A stretch of 64,000 nt of DNA from Podarcis filfolensis (lineage: Eukaryota): NCBI GenBank assembly GCA_964270895.1, contig OZ185439.1. One strand, 5' to 3'. Every line of letters starts with the position of its first letter. The stretch's first letter is position 1. The notes below the pieces were generated by a model. That model ran no database searches. It saw nothing but the letters and a program-made list of their open reading frames with translations, and was not told the DNA's origin. This document shows positions 30,201 to 42,200 of the stretch, one piece after another. The translations under genes were made by a program, and so were the position numbers.

Positions 30201-33200
30201 GCTGGCTTGGGGTCAGACATGGAATGCAGGTGCCCTTTCACTGCTCCTTCTCCTCAGGAAGTCCAGTCAATTAGTTTGAGGCAAAGCCACAGATCTTTTT
30301 CTTTTTCCTTTTCATCCTGGGAAATCATGGCCAAACACCGACCTCCACACCAAGTAACTTAAACCAAGTGAAATGAACATGCTAGGGTTATAAGCTACGT
30401 TCCTCGTTAGAATACTTTAGACTTTGACGTATGTGTGTACTAATGTTGACTGAGCGGCTATTTACTTCTTCATTTTTAATAACTTCAGAACGTAATATAC
30501 CTGGGTCTGTTCTTAGTTGGATTTGAAACATAATTTCATCCAGTTCTGTGTTTTCTCTTTTCAGTACCCTTAAGCTTTGAAATATGTTGTTACCTGTTGA
30601 CAAACACACCCGTGTTGTTTCACAGTTAATAGCCTTAGATTCAGAAGTAAATTCAGTGTGGCTTTCTCTCTAGTGAGCATGCTAGAACTGTAACCCTAAT
30701 TATGGATATTCTGTCCCCTCCCTTCTTCTATGATTTCCTCCTGGCATTGTGGAGTCATTGGGCTGGGCTTAGGCTCCTCCACTGATAATGAAAACAGGAG
30801 GGAAAAAACTCTTTGGGACAGTCACTTTCACTAGTGCCCCCATTTTCTCTACTTCTACCAGGCTGTTATTTTTCTTATTTTACCTTTTGTCACCATTTTC
30901 TTAATCGGCTGCCTCACACCCTTTCCTACCCTCCTTTTTGTGGCTTTCTGTACCTTTTCAGAAATACAAAAACCTGAGAAATTTATCTCCACTTTACTAT
31001 CATCCGTCCTTCTGACTGCTCTTTCTCAGGCAGGGACGTTAATAAAGCCATTGAGCACCTGATTACTTTTCAACTTCACGCCACCTGATATTCATGGGCC
31101 ATGGCATTCCAGCCCAAAGTTGCTGACTGGGCCAATTTTATGCTTGAGGATGCCCTCAAGAATATCCTGATCAAACTAAAGATAAGCGGAAGGTACTGGT
31201 GACCCAAAGATACTGGTTACAACCAATCTTCCAACCAGTCCTTTCAGAACTACCTTTCCCCGGGGCAAGGAAGAAACTACAGACAGAAGTCCTCCTGGAA
31301 CAGCAGTGATACCCACCCAGGCAGCAGAACAACAAGATATCTCCCTCCAACACCTACAGAAATAACCACCAGCAGAACCAATGATGCTACTCTGCCCCAA
31401 GTCAGGGATCATCTACAAGCCTTCTTCAACTCTTGGTGTCAGATTACTACAGACCACTGGATTCTCAATACTATATCACATGGATACATGATAGAACGTC
31501 TGGCACCCCTAAACCAGTTCCTCCCATCCCTGATCCTCCAACAGTCCATTCAAGTAACAGGTGATATGTAATTGTGTACAGCATTGTCTCAACATGTCAG
31601 CTATCGAACCAGTCCCCCTGAGAGGAATTATTCTATGACATATACTTAATATTATCTGTAGTGCCATGACCAGATTACTTCCTGATGCAACTGGACTTCT
31701 CTGTGACCCTTCCCCTCTGCAGGGATGTAGGACCAATTTGAATGATTTGCCGCCACCACTTAATGGATCCAAATAGCTTCCAGAGAGTGGTAGAGACATC
31801 TTATCCCATGTTGATGGCTTCTCCACTGGAATGCAGAGTTAAGCAGGGCTATCGACCGTCTGGCTCCAAAGCACCCTCTCTAATTGCATGCAAGAATTCT
31901 GCAGTGGTTTCTTGTACTCCACCAGTGGGCCATCACACACATTCCACATCACCACATCAAAATGCCACCAAAAGTGTGGGTAGTGATGAAGTGGGCATCT
32001 AGCAGAAACTTGCAGAAGGGCACATCTTTTCATGACCCTTACCTCATAGTGGTCACCACAGATGACAGCCTCTACATTTGGGGTCTCGCTGTGAGGGACA
32101 GATAATCCATGCCCAAAAGTCTCCAGAGGAAGCTGAACACTCGGCTGGAGCAGCCCACCTGGCTGTGATGCACTTTTCTCCACACCTACACATCAAACGT
32201 GCTCCTACGCATGGGCAACTCTAACTTGAAATCCTACCTCAACAAGCAGGGGATCACCAAATCCTGGGATCTCCAAGTTGAAATGTTCCACCTCATGCAG
32301 TGACCGAAACACCACCTCCTCAGCCTCACATTGGAACACATATCCGGATAGTCTGGAATCTCTGGTTTTCCAGCACAGTATTTTCCACCATCTTACGTTC
32401 TCGCTTATCTATCCACTCTAAGAATATACAAAGTCACATGGAAGATCTTCCTGAAGCAATGCAAAGCAACGGTACTGGATCTTCTTGCATTCCTCCAAAA
32501 TGGCCTCAGCAAAAGTCTAAAACGCAACACTCTGATGAAACATCAGGCGGCGGCTGTTTCTTCCTCAAACACACCACCTCTTCCAGCTCTCACCCCCTAA
32601 TGAAATGCTTCCCACAAGGAACAATCCTACAGTGTTCCCCAGATGCCCACCACTTCCCTTCTTGGTACCTTCACAAAGTGCTGTCCACCCTTCAGAAACT
32701 TCCATTTGAGCCCCCGAAGGAAGTACTTCTCAACATTGAAAGGTCTTACAGTGGAACCTCAGGCTACAGACGCTTCAGGTTACAGACTCCGTTAACCCAG
32801 AAATAGTACCTTGGGTTAAGAACTTTACTTCAGGATGAGAACAGAAATTGCGCGGCAGCGGCGTGGTGGCAGCGGGAGGCCCCATTAGCTAAAGTGGTAC
32901 CTCAGGTTAAGAACGGTTTCAGGTTAAGAAGGGACCTCCGGAACTAATTAAGTTCTTAACCTGAGGTAACACTGTATTTCTAATAGCAATAACTTTGGCT
33001 TGATGGGTCTCTGAATTGGTCACCCTGTCTATAGCTAGACATCTCTGTATCTTCCACAAGCGCAAAGTGGTTCTTAGAAAGAACCCCTCCTTTCTCCCCA
33101 AGGTAATTTCCAGCTTCCATATTCAGCAGGAACTTGATCCTTTCCACCTTCTGCCCCAACCCCTCTCACCTATTAGAGAAGACATGGCACTCATTTTATG

Positions 33201-36200
33201 TCCAATGAGCTCTTAAAGTGTATATTACCAGGACTGAAGAGATCAGACAATCAGAAACCTTGTTCATTTCCTTCCACCCTAACTCACTGGGCAAAAAGGT
33301 TAACCCTTCCACCTTATCTAGGTAGAAACTCTATAGCCTACAACTTGGTGAATTGTATCTCACCCTACAAATTTGACTGCCCACTCTACCAGGGTTGATT
33401 GCCCCTAGTGAACATTTGTAAGACAGCCACATGGGTATCTCCCAGTGCATTCATGATGCATTACAAGATGGGAATTTGTGTCTCCATTGAAGCTGCCTTT
33501 GGCCGCAGCACCCTACAACAGGCTTTCCATATTATGGGACGCAATATCTTCTACCTGACGGCATTTTAGCCACCTTGTTTACTTTGGGAACATGGGCACC
33601 TTTGTGTTGCTTTCCTTACAAGACTCTGATGATTGTTCAAGCTTGGTGAGTTCACAAACTGATTGGGAGCCATCCACGCCCCAAAGGATTTTTCCTCCTT
33701 CCTTTGTCATCAGGAGAGGGGCCAAAGCCCAACCCTATGATCCCCATGCTGCCAGTCAAAATCTACCCTTTGGGTGAATATTGGTTGTACTTTTTAGGAA
33801 GGAAGTGATTGAATAGAATGTAAAATTATCCTAGTTTGCTCACAAATGACAATCATTTCTTTAAGCATCATTATGACAATTGTTTTTTTGGATGAAGCAG
33901 TTATTTTAATTCTCTGTTATTTGAAATTAATGACAATGAAGGTTTTAGTGCTAGTCATCTGGCACTGGTCATTATTATTTTATTGCTGTTGACCCAAATG
34001 TAAATTTTAGAGATTCTGCTTGTAGGTTTTAACTATTCTAGGGTAAATAGAAGACCATGTTGAATTACATTTTAAAGATGATAAATAGAACATTTTTACT
34101 GAGTTGGATTATGCAGTGCTTAAGAACACCTCCCATACAAACAACAACAGAATGCTTGTGCCATTGTAAACTTTGATGTGACCAGGAATAGTGCCTTGAT
34201 ACCTCTGAACTATGGTAAAGCAATCTCTCATTGAACATCAGGTGGCATCTAACTGTTTATGCAAACTTTGCAGATGCTCTTCCATCGCTTGTTGCAAATT
34301 GAACTTTTGACTTTCTTAAATGGTTACAGCTGTTTTGTAAATCTCCTTTTTGAAGTCTGAAATCCTTCATTTGTTTTTTAGCCCACAAAAACTGTAAGAA
34401 GAGCTTAAAGAAAAGCATTTATCACTATAAGAAAAGTAAAGCAATATATATTTGTTCTTGTTTTCTTTCACCTGAGTATCTTATGACTTAAATTGCATAA
34501 GGTCTGAATTCTATTCCAGGTGCCCTTCACAATGACTGTTACATACTTGCATATTTATTTGCTTGCAGTGAGACCAAACTTTGAGGATGCTGGAACCGTA
34601 GCAGCAGGAAGGAAGCATGAATTTATACGCTCTGAGAGCGAGAACTGGCGCATCTTCAGGGAAGAGCAAAATGGTGAAGATGATGATGGAGGTTGGCGGC
34701 TGGCTGGTTCGCGAAGGGATGGTGAGAGATGGCGCCCTCATAGTCCAGGTGAGAGGAAATATGGAAAAGTGCAGCACAGTCTGGTCAGAGGCAGCAAGCC
34801 AGCAATGTCTGGAAGGAAAACTTCCTAAAACAATATTTGAAAGGCTTGTTCTATGATGGCAAAATCGTTTTTAGTTTTTTAAATGGGTTGTTTTGTTTAA
34901 CCCACTTTTTCCAGAACGTCTAGAAAAAAAGCAGCTCTTCTTACCTGTTCTGATTTCTTTTCCACCAAACGTAGCTTCCTTTAGTGATCACTCTGAATCA
35001 TGAGGCTGAGGTTCTGTCATATGCTTCCAGCTACTTGTATATAAGTGGAAAAACTGTTTGTCATGGAGAATACAGCATTGTGTGTCTTCCTGACGTCAGA
35101 CATAACTGATAAATGCACAATAAAGCAGCAGTGTGTCTAACTTTGACAGTATTGAAACAGCTGAACCAGCACCACATGATCAGATGTGAAGATTTTACTT
35201 AGGGACAAGTACTTGCAGTTCATTTAGTATTTTCTTGTTTAGCATATGAAGAACAACAAGCTAATAAAATTTTTGTTCTCAATAAGTCCATCTGTCTTTT
35301 GACAGAAGTCCCGAGGCTGAAATATCATTGGGTAATTTTTGCTACTTTAAAGGAAGTGTAGAGAAACGCCGCATTGTGTAGAATACTGAGGGTTTTTCTG
35401 TAGTTGCTCTTTAATTTAGATATAGCTGTTTTAGGATAACACTTACTCATTGTCATTTGTGTAATGGAATGTTCTCGATCAAAGAGGTGGGCATTGCAGT
35501 AGTCTCAGGTGGAATCCATTATTGCATGAACAGACTTCCACATACAACAGGACTTTATATTTCTCCCCCCCCCCCAAAAAAAAAATCTGCTTGAGAGGCC
35601 TCCCTATCTCAAGAGACTTCCCAAACTCCTGATTTTGGAGAGCATATGGAAGACTTTTGGGGTAAGTGAGGAGAGGAAAGTGAAGTCACACAAAACAGTA
35701 TTGGGCTACAACCCTCAGTTCCTTACTGGTTGGTCAAAGTATTGTTCTTTCTCTGTGTGTACAGAGAGAGGGAGGCTTTAATTAATTAATTAAACAGCTT
35801 TTAATCTGCTGTGCAACCCAAGACTCCCAGAGAGGCTTACAAAGTAAGTAAAACAGTCCCTGCCCTCAGATTTGCCATCTGAAAGGCATGACACACAAGG
35901 AAAAAGGAAAAGAGAGAGGAAGAGAAGAAAGCAATCTCAGGCACCAGTTCTTAAAGGTTACGGTTCTTTTAATTATTGTTGGGATGGAAACAGTACAGTT
36001 AGCCTGATAGAATGGCTGCTGTTAGGTGACAGCGGAGGGAGAGTCAAAGGCAGCAGGCCTCTCAGCAGAGGTAATAGAGCAACCCTACTTCTCTCCTCTC
36101 CTTTTGCTCTGCAGGCTTGATGCCCTATCAGCTACATCCAAGACTTCTGATTCCAATGGCAATTTCTATCAGGATGACAAATAGTATCCTGTATCTAGTA

Positions 36201-39200
36201 TAACCAAGTTAGCCAAAATAAGTGGCTTATGCCAAGCCACATTTGAAGATCACCACGTTTCAAGCCCCAGTATCGCTCACACCAACTTGCTTAGAAATGC
36301 TTCACCTCTCCCAGGTTGTAGAAAGGTGCATCAACACCTGCTGGTGCCTGCCTGCCTCATTCTCATGCAGGCTTGGGCACAGTTGCACAGCCCTTAGAAA
36401 CAAGCTTGTTGGCTACAAATCCTTTCCCAGAATTATAGTGCTAGCAGGCCACTTCACCATAGTGACATACAAAACAAGGGCAGATTAAATAAATAGAATT
36501 AATTACCACAGATTACAAACTACACTCCAAACTCCAGAAAGGAGGATTGTCAGCTAGCAGACAGAGGGTGAAGGCAAGCAGTTTTGAAGATGTTTTAGGA
36601 CTGATGGAGTTAGTAGAATAGATGCTGCCTGTGATCTCAAAGAGAAGCATAAAAATATGGTAATCCCCATAAAGTGGTACTTGTCTGGATTCATAGAACC
36701 GCATAGAATGGTCTTACTAGCAAAGGCTGCCCCCCTGTGGCTGAACAGATTGTGAGGCTGCTATTCAGAAAGATTGTGAGGCTGCCCTGAGATTAACTCA
36801 TAGTTAAATTGTTTTTGTTCTTTTAAGCCCACTTGCATGGAGTTGGGTTGTACAGTCCTTTACATTAATTATATAGCTCAAAGAGCCTGTGGTTTAAAGG
36901 GGAAATAGTGATGATATATTTATAAAATGCGTGTTTCAAGGTGGACCATAAGCTGTAGTGGCGTTCTGAAGTGCTGTCACTTTGTCCTCTCTTTTCCCTA
37001 TCCTCTTTTCCTCTATCCCTTTCTCCTTCCAAACAAGTTCTTGCCCTATGGGACTCTTTTGTAAAGTTACTTTCCCGCCCCCTTAGACGGCCCTCGTTCT
37101 GCAGGCTGGAGAGAACAGATGGAGCGACGGCGAAGGTTTGAATTTGACTTCCGAGACCGGGATGATGAGCGGGGTTATCGAAGAGTGCGATGTGGCAGTG
37201 GAAGTATGGATGATGATAGGGATAGCCTTCCTGAATGGTGCTTAGAAGATGCAGAAGAAGAAATGGGGACTTTTGACTCATCTGGGGCATTCCTCTCCTT
37301 AAAAGTGAGAAACTTTCTGTGAACTTGTCATAATATTAACGGTATTATTTATAACCAGTAGTATAAAGTTTGTTGTTTGCATGTGTGTTTTCCTTAGAAG
37401 GTTCAAAAGGAACCAATTCCTGAGGAACAGGAAATGGATTTCCGTCCTGTAGAGGAAGGGGAAGACAGGTCTGATTCAGAAGGAAGTCACAATGAAGAAG
37501 CCAAAGAAGTAGATAAGACACATGGAAGGGAAAGTGTTAAGACGGAGCATACAGCAGCAGCAGGTAAGGAGGATTTCTCAAGTCTATCCTTTTAAGTTTT
37601 GCTTCCACCTTCCAGCTCAGTTAAATAAAGTTATCAATCATTTCAGAAGTAACAGAAGAAACAGTCAAAGAATCTTCACCATCCACCAGGTCAGGTACTC
37701 CACCAAAATCCCAGTCACAGGAGCCATTACCTACAAGCCTGCTTGAAAGAAGGGAAGACTGTGTTCCAGAAGTAATAGAAAAAAGAGAAGATAAAGAAAA
37801 CCAAATGGAGGATATTCCATCAGCCAAAGTGCCCAACAGAGAAGGTAATCATATTTCAGGTTTGGCATAATGTATATGCAAAGTATGCAAAAATAATAAA
37901 ATAAAATAAAAGACTGTAGTGACAAAGCAAGGTGGAAAGGATGAACTGGTCATTCATACATTGTTTAAGCATTGTTGAAAGCATGCCATCTTGCTTATTG
38001 TCTGATTATACATTTTATCACATAATAACAGTTCTGGTAGAAAGAAGGGCCTTTAAAGAAATTTAATGTCCATTCTTCCCCATCCCCAGATCCAATTTCT
38101 GCTGTCCAGCCTTTACCACAGATTTCTCCAGATGCAGCTTCCCTTGTTCATCTTCCTCCTCCAGAGTCAAATCCAATTCCTGCCTTAAGGCCTGTTCAGA
38201 CATCAGTCACAGCTGCTCCAGGGATGGGTAATATTCCTGCTGACCCTGATGACGAAGAGGGCCTCAAACATTTAGAACAGGTAGAGCATCTTCGTGAATT
38301 CTGGTTTGTTTGTTTTTTGTTGTTGTGCTTCAAAGGCTGAAGGAAAACATTCTTTTGTATACTTATCTTGTAACTGCAGCTACCTGATCCAGGTGATTGT
38401 GGGCAAAAGCTTTGGGATTGAGACCGGTTGCTGAGAATATCATAGCAATAGCCTTTACAAGTCAGCAGTGCTTATGCACCCAAGGTGGAGACAGGAGTTC
38501 AAGATGCAACCTAGAGCTAATGTACCTAGTCAACTATAGACTAGCACACCCCTCACATAGACCAACAGTTGGCAACTGCAGAGGAAAACTAGTTTTGGGC
38601 AGGACTGGCAACTAATTGCTTTTACAATGTTTTCCTGCAACTGATCATGAAAATGGGCAAAACTATATTGATGTATTAATGGGCAAAAATGAAACATATT
38701 TTGCAGTTTGACAATACTTCAGATAATCAACTTAATTTTCATTAAAACAGTTTCAACCTGTATGTTCCTGCCATCTCCTCCTCAAACAAAAATGGAAAAT
38801 TAATATTTTTGTTAATTAAAGAAGGGGAATTCCTGTTTTCTAAAATAAAGTTTAATCTATCTTGTATATTTGTCTGGTATGCAACTCCAGTAGGTTAACT
38901 TTGTGAGTACTAAGTGAATCAAGTTGAAAAATGGACACACACCCCGACATTAATATAAATAGATAATCACCTGACTTCATTCATGAGCATTGTGACAGAA
39001 TGCGTGTACGCAGTAGAGAATATGAGAGTCACCTCATGCTGCTGATACTCAAGTATAAAATATACACACACTATATTCCCCCCTTCAAAATACAAATGAA
39101 CAGAGGGCCAATCCTTTTCCATGTCAGTCACATATGTTTTAAGGGTAAAGCATTGATATGTAGACATGATCATCTTCAGAGCCCTTCCCTGTCTGCTGAT

Positions 39201-42200
39201 TTTATATAGGAGCCCCTCAGTGTAAAAATGGCAAATGAAAAATGAGTGAAAATGCAGACTGAAAAAGACTCTGAACATAGATTCTGAAAATGACTCCAGA
39301 AACAATTCTTCGTTTTCCAGTAGTTTGAATGTTGCTTAAACATGTTGCAAGAAACTTGAATTTCCAAAGACCAATAATTTCTTGTAAAATTCCAACCACG
39401 ATGTATACAGACATCATTACAATTATTACAATTAATCTATTAACCACCATCTCAAGGTGATTTACACGTAAAATAATGAAAAGCAGTTAAACACAAAAGC
39501 AACAGAGACATTTCAAACAAGACTAAAACCCCAACAAGCAGACACTTTTGATAAAGATTCATTTATCAATCTGGGAAAGCCTGTTGGAATGAAAATGTCC
39601 TCAGCTGTTTACAGAAGCTGACCATCCTTGCTGCTTACCAGATAATAAGACTTGCTTCCCGGCAAGCAGTTCTGCCAAGCTTTATTATCTTTTTGCATAA
39701 TTATTTAAACTTACCTTTTCATTCCTTTGTCTGAGTCCACCAACCATGATGGTATTATTCATAAGGCTTTCTGCTGAATTTCACCTTATTCCACTGACGG
39801 TGTGTAACCTGGCAGTAGTAACCTCAGTCGTTCTTAATGTCCCCCCCCTCCTCTTGCTGCAGCAAGCAGAAAAAATGGTGGCGTATTTGCAGGACAGTGC
39901 CCTGGATGATGAAAGGCTAGCAGCCAAACTTCAGGAGCAGAGAGTAAAGGGTACTTCAGTACCATTACTCCATGAGGCCATGCAAAAGTGGTTCTACAAA
40001 GATCCACAGGGAGAAATTCAGGGTAAGCTTTCATCCTTACCGCTTTTTATTTTTATTTCACTGGAATGTTGTTTTTTAGTTATATGTGCACTAAAAAAGG
40101 GTGAGACATAAATAAAAGAAAAAGAAACACCACCCATGTAGAAGGCAAAGTAAAGGGGGGGAGGGAGGGAAATCCATGTATACTGTATACTTTACAAAGT
40201 TGTTATTGCACTCCATCAGATATTAACCTATTACAGTATTTGTAAGAATGGATTCCAAATATCATTGAATCTGTCCATGGCAAGTCTGCGTTTGTATGCA
40301 AGTTGTTCATATGTTGCGAGTTTGTATAAGTCTTCCATCCAATCGTAGAAGGGAGCCGCATTTTTATTTTTCTAATTCATCAGTCTTAGTCTTTTTGCTG
40401 TGGTAAGGGCACGGAGAATCCACTCATATTGTCCCTTTGTAAGGTTCTATGTGCTGGGTATATAATTCAAAGGGATATTTTGCTCTGTAAATGTAAGGTT
40501 GTTCCATATAGTTCTGTTGATAGTTTCAGTTACCGTATTTTTCGCCCTATAGGACGCACTTTTCCCCCTCCAAAAATGAAGGGGAAATGTGTGTGCGTCC
40601 TATGGGGCGAATGCAGGCTTTCGCTGAAGCCTGGAGAGCGAGAGGGGTTGGTGCGCACCGACCCCTCTCGCTCTCCAGGCTTCAGGAAGCTCTGCGCAAC
40701 CCTCGGGAGACCGGCTCCGATGGCCGCGCAGAGCTGCCTGCAGTCCCGGGCTCAGCACAGCTATGCGCGGCCATCGCCAGCCCCACAAGCTCGGGGGACA
40801 GCAGGGAGGCGGAGTGCGCCTTCCCGCTGTTCCCCGACCTGGTTCTTCCAGCCCCGCACCTGGGGGGGAAATAATTTTTTCCCCTTTATTTCCCTCCCCC
40901 CCCCAAAAAAAAATCTAGGTGCGTCCTATGGGGCGCAAAATACGGTACCTTCTGTCAAAAATCTTTCAGTATAGGACAATGAAAAAACATGTTTTAGAGA
41001 AGCATTATCCCTGTTGCATCTCCAACAGTTAGCTACCTTAGATAGCCCTTTTTTAAACAAGCGTAATGGGGTCCAGTATATTCTAAATATTATTTTTTGT
41101 TTTTTGAGCCTCAGTTTAAGGTCCAGAGACACCCTTGTTATAGCACTTAACACAGATTCCCACTGTGGGGTCGAAGTTGAGATCTCTAATTCTTTTTTCC
41201 ATTTCTCCCTCAGTACCTGTATATCAAATTGGTTTGCTAGTGACATATATTTATATATGTTGATGGCCGGGTTTTTTTGTTGTGTAAGAATTAATCACTT
41301 GCTTCAATATCTCTGGGGTCTCTCTGGCTGTAAAAGCTGCTGGTCCGTAGATGGTGGTTAGCAAGTTTTTTTCTGCAGATATTGCCATTGAGCATTTGTA
41401 GGTAATCTGTATTTGTCTCTTAAGACAGAATATGTGTAAAATTCATCCTCTTTGTTTATCAGCTGTTCGAACATTAATATACCCAAATTCATCCACCTCT
41501 TCCATACAACTATTTCTTTCCCAATTTTTAAAGACAGGTTTCCCCACAAAGTCATTTGTTGTGGAAGAAAAGGTCAAATTTATATTTTCTGGACATGTGG
41601 TGCCATATCATTCGAACTAATCTTATTGTTTCAATAGCATCTTGAGTATTAATGTATTTAGACCCAAGTGCTACCCATCTTTCTAAAGGTGCTACATAGG
41701 AATATTCCAAAGAAGCCCAATTTGGACAGTTGTTTTTAGTTATGGGTCTCCAGAATTGTCTACCTGACAGTGAATATGCTTGGTGATACAATTCTAAGTC
41801 AGGGATCCCAAATCCTCCTCCTTTTATTGGTATTTGCATTTTTTGCATAGATATTCTTGTAACTGAAGAGCCCCAAAGGCATTTTCTAAACAAAGATTTA
41901 ATTTTATGAAAGTATTTGCTTGGTATGTAAATTGGAATTCCTCTTAAGGTATAAACTAGTCTGGTATTATGTTCATTTTATTTCACTGAAATATTAAGGG
42001 AAATTACAATACACTGCCTATGTACTTAGGGTGGCATCAGAAAATGTCTAGCTCTATAAGTAAGATCAAGACACATACGGCACATACTTAGAGCAGTCCC
42101 CCAGATACCAGGCTCTATATGGGCTGTGACTGTTGGGTGCAACACTCAGTAGAGGTTTCACTCTTGTCTTCATGGATTTCATCCCTTGATGATTTTGCAG

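Noticed and set aside
38400-38640. 7SL/Alu-like sequence (caggagttcaag)
   Set aside because: Similarity is limited to about 10 nt; probably an old unclassified repeat.
40429-40974. 181-aa ORF and overlapping ORFs
   Set aside because: They lie across the GC-rich MITE core and antisense L1, where stops are rare; no protein motif.
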